A stretch of 63,834 nt of DNA, filler included, from Octopus bimaculoides (GCF_001194135.2; 8 parts of 6 records of this genome joined end to end with filler, not necessarily neighbours in it), one strand, 5' to 3'; shown: positions 49,336 to 62,640, numbered from the whole stretch's first letter. A program made the numbers and translations. Notes: generated by a model not told the origin, from the letters alone.

Positions 49336-51462
49336 CGTATATAATATATATGTATCCACGTATAGATGTATGATGTGTGTACCTATGTATATGCAAGAAC
49401 ATATATACGTATTATATACGAAGATTATTGTATTCTCACACAGACATATGCTAGGTTGCATCGAGAATACATCTTACAACGCAATATCGCTTCGTAGAGA
49501 TACTCAGCTGTGGATAAAACGTGTATACATACACATACACGCTACAAATAAATAGAGTTATATGAGCATACACACCGATAGATTTTTATTTAATCACCAG
49601 AATAAACAAACACTAATGAACAATATTTATCATAATTAATAGACAAATTCACAAATGATTAAAGGAAGATATACAATTCAAAATATACATCACTAATCAC
49701 ACTGTTTTAAACTATTCGTAACATAGAATGCGAGTGATATTAATCAAATGCATATTAATTATACAATATATTAATATTTCATTAATACCCTCGTAAAACA
49801 GCAGACGATATGCTCTTCTTGAAACCATAAATTAGTATAAAATATATTGAACATCATAAAATGTCACTAACAAGTGTCTCGTTGCCTACGTATTATACAA
49901 ATTCGATTACAAACGATAAATCTGTAAACTTGGCGAAACATTATATGGTATTTTTCACGTAATGTCCACAATCAATTAAAGCATCATCATACATTTGCCA
50001 CAATTACTTTGTTTAGTTTCGTAACGCGTTTTAAACTCCAATGTACGAATAATGCTTTCAGTAACCTAATGTAACTCCTTAAGAGAGGATTCTACGTAGG
50101 CAACGGATATATGTATGCATATACATATATATAGGCATATACATATNNNNNNNNNNNNNNNNNNNNNNNNNNNNNNNNNNNNNNNNNNNNNNNNNNNNNN
50201 NNNNNNNNNNNNNNNNNNNNNNNNNNNNNNNNNNNNNNNNNNNNNNNNNNNNNNNNNNNNNNNNNNNNNNNNNNNNNNNNNNNNNNNNNNNNNNNNNNNN
50301 NNNNNNNNNNATATATGTATGTACGTATGTATGTATATATACATATATGTACATATACACACATGTATATATGATCGTGTCCTGTCCACAAGGTAAACAA
50401 ACACGCAGTTGAAAACGGTATAACCGACCCTATGATTAAGATGAGTGGAGAAGGTGCTTTTTCTAGGAGCTCTTCCGCCGGATTATCATTTTGAACATTA
50501 GAAATATGTTATTTAGAAGCTGCTAAATATTTTATTTGTGTGTTTCCCTCCTAAAAATTACATTCGATCAACCATTAAGTACGTTTTATTTTTTTATTTT
50601 TTAACTTTTTAGGAGTAATATGTGTAATGTGCAGCATGCTTTTTCACTAATTTATCCCCATCCAGATTCATTTTCTAGCTTATAACTACACCTTTTCTGG
50701 TTGACGAAATTACTACTTGAGCTCCATCACGTGTGGCTAACAAATAACACATACAACATTGAGAGCCATTTCGTTTCCAAATATTCTTTTATAATAGAAT
50801 TAATACAACGTTGTTTTTTTCCGTCAGAATCTTGTTAGCGTGTGTACTTCTTAGTGTATGATTTGATGCAATGTATTCTCTTTCCTGATTTAAGAGATAT
50901 TGTTATATACTTTTGCCTATATTGTAGTTTTGATACGACTTTCATTTCTATCATTCAAATGACGTCTCGTCTGCGCGTTTACAATGCGTGCAGCGTCTGA
51001 CGTATATTTTGTATAGTATTTCTGTGTGTATTGATCTTTGGATTCATATATTGTTTTGATAAAATACCTATTGTTCAATAGTGTTTCAATAGTGTTCGTT
51101 TTGTTCTGTAACATAGGTATTGCTTTCATATGTCTCCAAATTGCACATGATAAGATACATCGTATATGAATACGTGCGTGAATGTGTCTGTATGAGTACG
51201 TGAATATGTGTGTTTGTATGTGCCATCATGGAAAGGTTCGTAGACGCAAGCAAGACGTGCGAAAACATAAGTATATAGAGTTTGTTTTATAGATAATCGG
51301 CAGAAGTTGACGTGTGACAAATTCCAACGCACCAATCATGCGGCCTTTGAGTCACATTGTATCTCCTACTCGCATGGAATGCCTGCCAGAGATGGTTACT
51401 GAATATAAACGATCGGCAATCCCCGGAGGTTATATACACACATATATATATATATATGTATA

Positions 51463-52080
51463 CATACTGACCAAAATAATTTTAAGACAAATAATGATAG
51501 TTCTATTTCATTATTAATTTATTTTTAACAAAACTGTAAAAGTAATTTACTTTTTACAGTGTATGTAGAATTTCGTTCTCTTTCGAATGATATAGGTCTT
51601 ATATATCTTTCTACAATTTGAATAATTTTAATGCACAATTAATTTAAATAATTAAACATTTTCGGCAAAATAAGTCTAAGACAGTGGCAACATTGTTTTC
51701 TTTAAATTGAAAATTTACGGCACAAACGACCAACGAATAAACATTTATTATTAGTAACCCGTTCCATAGCCATTATTTTCAACTACAGCCTTACAACGGC
51801 GGGAAATGAAGTTCGATAAATAAGCACAAAATTCACTTGGAATGTTCTGTCATATTTCTTCAATATAACTGGGATACATTTGTTGTTTTTTTAGCATGAA
51901 CTCTTCTAAAAATAATTCCATGATTTTTCTATCGGATTAAATTCTGGACTCTACGGAGACTACTCAATTACCACCATATTATTGCACTCAAAATATTGTA
52001 AAACTTTGCTAGACTTATGAACGTGGCAATTGTCCTGCTGGAAAATAGATCCCGGTGGCATCTGATAATATGGCAGCACA
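51463..52080 (-). mobile_element. Tc1 transposase 3' remnant
   Basis: IFQQDNCHVHKS, SPEFNPIEKSW, RRCKAVVENNG; TIR-like ACTGACCAAAATAATTTTAAGACA at the left end. Confidence 0.75.
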
Positions 52081-52104
52081 TTTTCATTTGCTAATTGCAG
52101 AAAG

Positions 52105-52360
52105 CCTACACACCAGCATCGGTTGTTAAGCTATTTTAGTGGGACAAACACAGACACTCAACTATATACATACATATGTGTGTGTGTGTGTGTGTGTATG
52201 TATACCACGGGCTTTTTTCAGTTTCCATCTACCAAATACACTCACAAGCTTTTTGTCCACCCGAGGCTATAATAGAACATAATTGCCCAATGTACCACGG
52301 AGTGGGACGGAACCGGAAACCATGCAGTTTGCAAGAAAGCTACTTATTACACAGCCACTA
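52105..52360 (-). mobile_element. Degenerate SINE family A
   Basis: CACCAGCATCGGTTG, linker, TTCAGTTTCCATCTACCAAA...ACACAGCCAC. Confidence 0.75.
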
Positions 52361-52953
52361 TTACGCCTATAAAATATTTATATATGTGTGTGTCTATGTC
52401 TGTCTATGTCTGTGTGTATGTGTGTATGCATGTATGTACATATGTGGGTGTGTGCAATGTGTGTGCGCATGTGTATATGCGTGTGTTTGTCTTTTATGCG
52501 TGTATGTGCATGTTTGCGTAAACATGTATATGGCATTGATATGATATGTATAGTCGCTTCTGTTGTGTGACTTGGATACGTACAAACATACACACACACA
52601 CACACACACACACCCACACACATACACACAAACACACACATACACACACACACACTAACGCTCATCAATTCTCACGTGACCGATTGATTTTGAAAATCGT
52701 TACAGAAATCGAGGATTTACTCTTTTATTATACAGACCGGAATATCTGAATTTAGAATCTGATACACCCAAGAATTCTGAGATAAATATGCGATACAGCT
52801 ATACTGCAGAAGAATATCAGACTGATTTGTAGGTCCAGGCAATGACCATTACAGAGAATTCCAAGAACGTCTTACGTGTCTGGAATAGCTAAAATACATG
52901 CATATATCTATAGGTGTTTGTGAGCGTGAGTGTGTGTCTCTGTTTGTGTATGG

Positions 52954-52985
<32 letters not shown>

Positions 52986-53085
52986 NNNNNNNNNNNNNNN
53001 NNNNNNNNNNNNNNNNNNNNNNNNNNNNNTTAATTAATTAANNNNNNNNNNNNNNNNNNNNNNNNNNNNNNNNNNNNNNNNNNNN

Positions 53086-56000
53086 GCATGTAGTTAGTGA
53101 CCTGAACGTAGGCGGCCCATGCTAGATATAAAGTCGTCTTCTTGTCACCCAAGACATGGGTGTCAGAGCAGCTCCAATTGGAGAAAGCACTGCTCACCCC
53201 GAGACCGGGGAGGTTCTAGAAAAGGTGAACCAAAAATTGCCTGTCTTTCCATTTCTGGTCAGTTTAGCGCAACTGAAGGATGTCCACCCTGCGCTCGATA
53301 AACAAAGAGTCTGTTATTTAAAAAAATCTGGACGGAGCTTAAGCATTTCATGCTGGAATGTGCGCAGTCTGTTGGACAACAAGAGTGATTCTAGGCCTGA
53401 AAGACGCACTGCACTTGTTGCTCGTGAGCTGAACCGTTATAAAATTGATATAGCTGCACTCTCAGAGACTCGTATAGAAGGTGATGGTCAGCTTGAGGAA
53501 GTAAGAGGTGGATACACCTTTTTTGGGTAAAGAAAGCAGAAGGAGCGCAGAGAGGGTGGTGTTGATTTTGCAGTCCGATCTGATATCCTTAAGAAGTTGG
53601 AAGAGCTCCCTGTTCCTATAAATGAACGTATAATGATGCTACGGTTGAACTTGTAGGTAAGCGGTTTGCTACACCAATAAGTGCCGATGCACCTACTTTG
53701 TCTAGCTGCGATGAAGATAAAACAATCTTTTATACCCAGCTGAGAGCCATACTTAGAAAAATCCCCAATTCTGATAAAGTCATTCTACTGGGGGATTTTA
53801 ATGCCAGATTCGGAACAGACTGGCAAACATGGAACTCTCTAGGAAGTTTTAGAGTAGGGAAAATGAATAGCAATGGTTTCAAGCTACTGGAGCTTTGCGA
53901 AGAACATGGACTTTACATCGCAAGCACTCATTTTATGCACAAAGGTGATCACACAACAACATGGATGCATCCAAGGTCCAAAGTTTGGCACTTGCTGGAT
54001 TATGTCATCATCCGCAAGTGTGACATTTATGACATGTGTAATGTCAAGTCCTTTCATGGATCAGAGTGCTGGACAGACCACAGTTCGGTGCGAGCAAAGT
54101 TCCGAATGGTAATTAGAGTTAAAGAGAGAAGAGGAGCAGTCAGCATTCCTCGCCGTCTAAATGTCCACAAGATATATCATGTTGTAGTTAAGAAAGAAAT
54201 TCAGACTCGCTTGTTCAGCATTGAAACTGCTGCAGCATGGGAGGATTTTCGAGACCGGGTTCTACAATGTGCAGCCGAATCCCTGGGATATGTTACTGCC
54301 AGATACATAGACTGGTTTGATGAGAATGATGCTGAAGTTCAGCGACTATTGGTGGTAAAGCGCCATGCTCACAGTGTATTGATACACAGAGAACTGTCTA
54401 CTGTGCAGCGAAGTCTAGCACTTGCCCACTATAACAGTGTAAAATCACTACTGCAGCGATCTCTCAGGAAGATGCAGAACACTTGGTGGGAGGATCTTGC
54501 TCGTGATGTTCAGGCTGCTTCTGATGCAAATGACAGCAAGAAGCTTTATTATCTTATGAAGCGAGCTTATAGACCTAAGAGCTCCACATCAGCTCCATTG
54601 CTTTCCAAGGAATCTTCCACCGTCTACTAAATCAACAGAAATCACAGGTCGCTGGATCGAACATTTCTCTGAACTCATAAACCACGAGTCAGTTGTGGAT
54701 GAAACAGTGATTGATGCTATACATCAATGGCCTATCATTGGCTCCTTAGACTCCTCACCCTCAATACATGAAGTAATGGCATCAATAAGTAAACTGAATC
54801 TAGGTAGGGCACCTGGAAAGGATGGAATCTGTGCTGAGGTCTTGCGATTTGGTGGTAATTACATCACACAGTCCCTTCATGAACTTATTAGTGCAGTCTG
54901 GAGGGATGGTGCAATTCCTAAGGACTGGAAGAATGCAATTATTCTTCCTCCATATAAAGAAAAAGGAGCCAGAACAATGTGTGGTAACTACAGAGGTATT
55001 GCTCTACTATCAGCTGCTGACAAGATTCGGGCAAATATTCTTCTTACCCGTCTGAATGTGTGTCTCGTAAATGATGTCATATCTGAATCTCAATGTGGCT
55101 TCCGATCTCGTAGAGGGACAATGGATATGATTTTCTCAGCAAGACAGATGCAGGAGAAGTGCTATGAGTAGAATATGGATCTTGTCCGAGTATTCATTGA
55201 TTTAACAAAGGCCTTTGATACTGTAAATAAGGCCATTCTATGGAAAATACTTGGCAAACTTGCATGTCTGGATCACTTTGTATCTATAATTAAATCATTT
55301 CATGATGGGATGGAGGCTTGGGTCAATATTGGTGGTGGCATGGCGGGACCCAATCCTGTAGAGAATGGTGTCAAGCAGGGTGACATCCTTACCCCAACTC
55401 TCTTTTCTTTGTACTTTGCTGCTGCTGCTTTTACTCATGCTTTTGCTGAGGTTAGCTCTCTGGGAATATATGTCAGATTTCGATCTTCCGGCCGCCTCTT
55501 TAATCTTCGCCGATTTGCTGCCAATTCAAAGGTTCTCCAGTCTATTATTCGTGACCTCCTTCAAGCAGATGACTGTGACTTAGTCAGTCATACTGTGGAT
55601 GACATACAAATACTCATAAATTGCATTTCTGCTTCTTGCAAGGCATTTGGACTTGGAATTAGCCTGGACAAGTCTGTTGTAATGTTCCAAACTGCACCAG
55701 GAAATCCATATGTGAAACCAGCTATTTTGGTTGAAGGAAAAATTCTGAAGGTAGCAGACAAGTTTGTCTACCTGGGCAGCACACTCAGCCGTCCTTGCTC
55801 CCTGGAGGAGGAAATATCTTTCATGTTGCAGAGAGCAACTAATTCCTTCCGGTCTCTTCAGTCACTTGTCTGGTCTCAGCATGGCATAGCAAAGAAAACA
55901 AAAGTTGCTGTATACCGTGCATGTGTACTGACATCGCTCCTCTACACATGTGAGACATGGACTCTGTACAAACGTCAGGTAAGGGTCCATGAACGCTTTC

Positions 56001-56404
56001 ATCAGAGATGTCTGAGACACATTCTCAATGTTGGCTGGACCTCAAAAATTCCAGACACACAGGTCCTGAGGACAGCTGATATCTTGAGTATTGAGGAAAT
56101 GGTGCACACGCAACGGTTACGTTGGACTGGACACCTTATTAGAATGAAGGATAGTAGGATTGCTAAGCAGATGCTATATGGAGAACTTGTGAATGGAAGG
56201 AGACTCCGGCAGAAACCAAGGCTGCGATTTAAGGACTGTGTCAAGTCCTCATTAATGGCCTGTGATATGCAGGACACTGACTGGGAGAACAATGCCTGTT
56301 ATCGCCACAGAGGAAAGATGCAGGTTAAGGAGGTGATCGACACTTTTGAGAGAGCATGAAGAACTTAAGCGAACTGCGCGAAAGCGAACTGCGCGAAAGC
56401 GAAC
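53086..56404 (+). mobile_element. Near-full-length RTE-clade LINE (APE endonuclease plus RT), inactivated
   Basis: APE: CWNVRSL, IAALSETR, LLGDFNAR, LDYVII, TDHSSV. RT: NYRGIALLS, SQCGFR, IDLTKAFDTV, GVKQGD, QADD in place of YADD. Frameshifts near 53525 and 54620, stops near 53655 and at 55169-55171. Both ends border gaps. Confidence 0.95.
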
Positions 56405-56883
56405 NNNNNNNNNNNNNNNNNNNNNNNNNNNNNNNNNNNNNNNNNNNNTTAATTAATTAANNNNNNNNNNNNNNNNNNNNNNNNNNNNNNNNNNNNNNNN
56501 NNNNTACATTCATACATATATAAATACATACATATATACATACATTCATACATATCTACATACATACATATATACAAACATACACATGTACATATATACA
56601 TACATTCATGTATGCATGGATATGGAGTTGCATGCATACATACATACATACACACAGGCATACATGCATGCATACACTTATACATACATACATACATTAC
56701 CTACATTCATGCATGCATACATATGTACATACATACATACATACATACATGTATACATACATTCATGCATACATACACACAAACACACACATACATTCAT
56801 GCATTCATACATACACACACATACATACATACATTCATGCATACAGGCATACATGCATGCATGCATGCATACATTCATGCATT

Positions 56884-56929
<46 letters not shown>

Positions 56930-56959
56930 TACATACATACATACATAACTTTTAGTTTT

Positions 56960-57372
56960 TTGCTTGTTTCTCTCATTTGACTGCAGCCATGCTGGAGAAC
57001 CACCTCAAAGAGTTTTAGTCAAAGAAATCAACCCCAGGACTTATTCTTTGTAAGTCTAATACTTGTTCTATCAAGCTCTTTTGCCGAACCGCTAAGTTAT
57101 GGGGACATAAACATACCAACATTGGTTGTCAAACAATGGTGGGGGGACAAACACAGGCACAAAGACATACACAGACACACACATATATGTGTGTCTGTGT
57201 GTGTATATATGATGGGCTTCTTTCAGTTTCCGTCTATCAAATTTACTCTCAAGGCTTTGGTCAGTCCGAGGCTATAATAGAAGATACTTGCCCAAGGTGT
57301 CACACAGTGGGACTGAGCCTGGAACCATGAGGTTGGAAAACAAGCTTCGTACCACACAGCCATGCCTGTGCC
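56960..57372 (-). mobile_element. Full SINE family A copy
   Basis: Tail, right half, linker, left half and head (CCACACAGCCATGCCTGTGCCT) all present. Confidence 0.9.
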
Positions 57373-57954
57373 TATATATATATACATATATATATGTGTG
57401 TGTGTGTGTGTGGTGTCTTATGTGAATTTATTGAAAGGTATCCCATAGAACTCAAGAAGTTTGTTAAAAATGAAGAGAAGATGGTAAAATTTGAAAGAAT
57501 TTCAATACATGCATACAATCATTTCAAACAGTGATATCAAAACATGCAAATTCATGGTAGAATAATTTAATTAATTTGATTAAATTAAATTCATTATATA
57601 TCACTGTTCTCCTCAGTACAAGAAGTATAAACAGAAAATTTTTATTAAATAGGAAATAGCAGAGAATAATTTCAGATATCCATATTTATCATTATGAAAA
57701 TTATGAGCAACATAATAAAAGATGTGAGTCTGGTTATGTATAAACTAAATATATATATATGTATGTATTATTTATGGCATATATATTGTTTTTGTCCCAT
57801 GGGTAGCCTTTGAATTCTTCTATCCAAGGTTTTTTTTTTTAACTCCCTACGTACACAGTTTTATAGTTTCATCTGCAAAGAGATTCATCGTTAAAAATGA
57901 ATCTTTGAAAAATCTTTTTATCACTGATCTTCGTCTTGTTTGGTTCATTAGATC

Positions 57955-58135
57955 ATGATCATGCTGGAGCATGGCCACAGAGAATCCTTTTAGTCAAATG
58001 AATTGACCCCAGTACTTTTTTTTTTGTTATGCCTGGTACTCATTTCATTGACCTCTTTTGCTGAACTGCTAAACTACAGGAACGAAAACACACCAACACT
58101 GATTGTCAAGCAGTAGTGAGGGACAAACACAGACA
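57955..58135 (-). mobile_element. Degenerate SINE family A right half
   Basis: CATGCTGGAGCA...TTTAGTC...GATTGTCAAG. Confidence 0.7.
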
Positions 58136-58162
58136 ACAAGGCACACACCCATACATATATAC

Positions 58163-58213
<51 letters not shown>

Positions 58214-58997
58214 CAGATATATACATATATATCCAACCCATGGCAGCATGAACGATGGGCAATAGATGATGATGATATACATACATANNNNNNNNNNNNN
58301 NNNNNNNNNNNNNNNNNNNNNNNNNNNNNNNNNNNNNNNNNNNNNNNNNNNNNNNNNNNNNNNNNNNNNNNNNNNNNNNNNNNNNNNNNNNNNNNNNNNN
58401 NNNNNNNNNNNNNNNNNNNNNNNNNNNNNNNNNNNNNNNNNNNNNNNNNNNNNNNNNNNNNNNNNNNNNNNNNNNNNNNNNNNNNNNNNNNNNNNNNNNN
58501 NNNNNNNNNNNNNNNNNNNNNNNNNNNNNNNNNNNNNNNNNNNNNNNNNNNNNNNNNNNNNNNNNNNNNNNNNNNNNNNNNNNNNNNNNNNNNNNNNNNN
58601 NNNNNNNNNNNNNNNNNNNNNNNNNNNNNNNNNNNNNNNNNNNNNNNNNNNNNNNNNNNNNNNNNNNNNNNNNNNNNNNNNNNNNNNNNNNNNNNNNNNN
58701 NNNNNNNNNNNNNNNNNNNNNNNNNNNNNNNNNNNNNNNNNNNNNNNNNNNNNNNNNNNNNNNNNNNNNNNNNNNNNNNNNNNNNNNNNNNNNNNNNNNN
58801 NNNNNNNNNNNNNNNNNNNNNNNNNNNNNNNNNNNNNNNNNNNNNNNNNNNNNNNNNNNNNNNNNNNNNNNNNNNNNNNNNNNNNNNNNNNNNNNNNNNN
58901 NNNNNNNNNNNNNNNNNNNNNNNNNNNNNNNNNNNNNNNNNNNNNNNNNNNNNNNNNNNNNNNNNNNNNNNNNNNNNNNNNNNNNNNNNNNNNNNNN

Positions 58998-59046
<49 letters not shown>

Positions 59047-59151
59047 CAGGCTTCCTTCAGTTTCTGTCTACCAAATCCACTAACAAGCCCAAAAGTCACA
59101 CATGAGGACATGACATTATATTTATATTACATTGTTATTATTATTATTATT

Positions 59152-59600
59152 CAGTAGTTTTATTTTTATAACGTGCTTTCACTGCACTACCAAGCGCAGC
59201 TCTGTGCGCCTTGGGTATGTGTTGTGGTTTGTTGTGATGCTCTTATTTTAACTGTATTGAAAGTGTTTTACGTAGGATGTGTGCGGTGTCTAGTAGTGCT
59301 ATTTTCTGTATGTTATATACACTTGTAAGTCCTGGAGTTTTTGTTATGTATTGTCTGAATGTTATTTTTATCATACCTAAAGTGCCTACTATAATAGGAA
59401 TTGTTTCTGCTTTTAGGCTCCACATTCAGGTTAACTCTATTTCCTAATCTTTGTATTTTGAAAGTTTCTCTATTTCTTTTGGAGAAACATTGTCATCTGG
59501 TGGTATTGATACATCAATTAGAAAGCATCTTTCTTCTTGGTGGTCTTTGACAACTATATCCGGCCTATTAGCCTTGATTTCTCTATCTGTATGTATTGGC
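59152..59600 (-). mobile_element. R4/Dong-clade non-LTR retrotransposon 3' end (restriction-like endonuclease)
   Basis: PIHTDREIKANRPDIVVKD...LIDVSIP...EKLSKYKD*EIE...IPIIVGTLG...QKIALL.TAHILRKTL; short 3' UTR; (TAA)n on both sides. Confidence 0.85.
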
Positions 59601-59637
59601 AAACTCAAGATGCATAAGTGGTATCTTATTATTATTG

Positions 59638-59696
<59 letters not shown>

Positions 59697-59714
59697 GTTA
59701 TTGTTATAAGGGGG

Positions 59715-59920
59715 CAAGTTGGCAGAATTTTTAGTGCACTAGATTAAATGCTTAGTGGTATTTCACTTGTTGTTACATTCTGAATTCAAATTCCACCAAG
59801 GTCAACTTTACTTTTCATCCTTTAGGAGTTGATAAAATAAGCACTCGTTGAAAACTGAGGCTGATGTAATCAGCTGATACCCTCCCACAAAATTGCTGCC
59901 CTTGTCATAAAACTTGAAAC
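59715..59920 (+). mobile_element. SINE family B copy between (TTA)n tracts
   Basis: GGCAAGTTGGCAGAAT...CTGAATTCAAATTCC...TTTTCATCCTTTAGGAGTTGATAAA. Confidence 0.8.
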
Positions 59921-59967
<47 letters not shown>

Positions 59968-60544
59968 TTGGAGAAGGTCATATTCTTTGTTTTTGCCAAA
60001 TGACCACATGCATTATATATTCATTCTCCGCTTCAGTTTTATTATTGTTCTTATTTTAATGTCCTTTGTCTAAAATCTTTCATTACACCTCCTGTGACCT
60101 CCTCAGTGACTCTCCACCTCATGTGACTCCTTCTGTTATTATTATTATTAATTTTGTTCCTGTACAAGTCCATGTGTATTCGTCATTATTTTATTTATTT
60201 TATTCAATTTTAGAAGAATTGAAACATGCCTTCAACAATTCCGAAACAGGTTAAGCTTCTTATTTTGCATGTGACTTTTGGCCCAACTTTTTTTTTTCTT
60301 TTACTTGTTTCAGTCATTAGACTGTGGCCTCCCCCACCAATTTTTATGACACTCTTTATATACATATATATTGATGATCTTATCAATATATTTGGTTAAA
60401 CCCAGTTGGTATCAGGATTGTTTTTAACAATCCCTTACATGGATATTGCTTCCTCAAATTTTTGATATATGTATGTGTGTATATATATATATATATGTAT
60501 TTATATATGTATGTGTATATATATATGTATGTATATATATATAT

Positions 60545-60609
<65 letters not shown>

Positions 60610-60619
60610 TATTATTTAT

Positions 60620-60912
60620 ATTATTTACATTTGACAGATGTTTGCCCTTATCTTGTTGTTGTTAACACAATGTTTCAGCTGTTATACCCTCTGGCCTTCA
60701 TCAGGTGTATATAGGTAAATTTTGAACCTGGGTTCTCATTCTGAAGGTATAACATCAAAAAATACCTTCGGAATGAGAACCCAGGTTCGAAATTTCCCCA
60801 AGACGCCTGATGAAGGCTGGAGGGTATATCAGCCGAAACATTGATTGTGTTAACAAGAAGCAAGCATCAAATGTAAATAATGTGCATAATTTCTCATCTC
60901 TTAAATATAGAA
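60620..60912. mobile_element. Divergent inverted pair of hammerhead family 1 pseudo-LTRs
   Basis: Minus copy 60620-60750 and plus copy 60762-60912, 11-nt spacer; both retain CTGATGA and GAAAC but have altered triplets (ATT). Confidence 0.85.
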
Positions 60913-61679
60913 CTGTATTATATATATATATATATAAAACATTCAGCAAAGCTGAGTATCATCTGTCCATGTCCTCTCAACTGGAACCATGGCAGAAATG
61001 GTCAGTTATAGAAACTGGGTGGATTTGGGGGAATCAAACCACAGATATATCTGAATAAGATTTTTCTAAATTATAGAGACCTTTTGTTGATTGTAGCCCC
61101 TGACCAAAGGGTGGTCAGTTTTTGGTGCCAGTGTGGGGTTTGGGTTTAGTACTGGACCATTTTCCTACAATGGAAAGGAAAAGGAAAGAAAGGAAGTCTT
61201 GAAGTCTTTGGATCTTTGTCAGAAAAGGACAGAGAGAATTAGTGGAAACAAAAATAATTTTTAAGAAATAAAAAATAAATACATAAGCTTTGTCATGTCT
61301 ATTGTTTCTCATTTTAAAATTTAATTGTTAATCTGTCTTAATTCTTAATCTCGACCAAACATCACTTAAAACTTGAGGACACTAAAATTACACATTCACA
61401 CGCATACAGACACAGCGTGAACACAGACACACACATACACAAGCACACACACATACAAGCACACACACTGTTCGCATGCTTAAAACCTTCACACATGCAC
61501 GCGTGCACTTTAGAGAAACAACAAAACACCGCACACACAACCATAAAAACATACAAACACACACACACACATATACATACACACAAACTACATACATATG
61601 CACATACACACACACCAAAGAAATGCATGCACAATTTAAAACATTCCCTTCACACATACACAATCACACTCACACATAC

Positions 61680-61721
<42 letters not shown>

Positions 61722-62294
61722 CTTGCATGTTTAAAGCCTTCACACACACACACATGCACTTTAGTGAAACAACAAAACAACACACACACACACCTACACA
61801 CACACACACACNNNNNNNNNNNNNNNNNNNNNNNNNNNNNNNNNNNNNNNNNNNNNNNNNNNNNNNNNNNNNNNNNNNNNNNNNNNNNNNNNNNNNNNNN
61901 NNNNNNNNNNNNNNNNNNNNNNNNNNNNNNNNNNNNNNNNNNNNNNNNNNNNNNNNNNNNNNNNNNNNNNNNNNNNNNNNNNNNNNNNNNNNNNNNNNNN
62001 NNNNNNNNNNNNNNNNNNNNNNNNNNNNNNNNNNNNNNNNNNNNNNNNNNNNNNNNNNNNNNNNNNNNNNNNNNNNNNNNNNNNNNNNNNNNNNNNNNNN
62101 NNNNNNNNNNNNNNNNNNNNNNNNNNNNNNNNNNNNNNNNNNNNNNNNNNNNNNNNNNNNNNNNNNNNNNNNNNNNNNNNNNNNNNNNNNNNGCGTTAGG
62201 AAACCTTCACTGTCTGGGATCAAATCCCACTGGCAGCAACTTTGTCTTTTATTATTCTGGGGACAATAAATAAGCTAGTAGTTATTTATCAGGC

Positions 62295-62640
62295 TCAATT
62301 CTTTCTCTCTCTTTCTCTCTCCCCCCCTCTCTCTCTCTCCCTTTCTTTTGTCTCCCACTTTCTTTCCTCTCTTTGGGTGTATGTCTCTCTCTCTTTATCT
62401 CTCTATCTACTCTCTTTTCTTCTATGTGTCTTTCTCTCTCTCTTCCTCTCCATGTCTCTCACTATCTTTCCCTCTCTGTCTCTCTCTCTTTCTATCTCTC
62501 TTCATCTCCTATTCTGTTCCCCTCTCTCTTTCTCTCACCCCCTCCCCCTCTCTTTCTCCATTCATCTCCAGCTCTTTTCCCCTCTCTGTGTCTCTCTCCC
62601 TCCTTTTTGTCACACCCTCTCTCTCTCTCTCTCTCTCACA
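62295..62640. repeat. (CT)n-rich low-complexity tract
   Basis: Direct reading. Confidence 0.9.

Noticed and set aside
56367-56404. 15-bp tandem repeat (AAGCGAACTGCGCGA x2.5) as a possible RTE tail
   Set aside because: It duplicates coding-like sequence (KRTARK) at a contig edge, so it may be an assembly artefact; the true 3' end lies in the gap.
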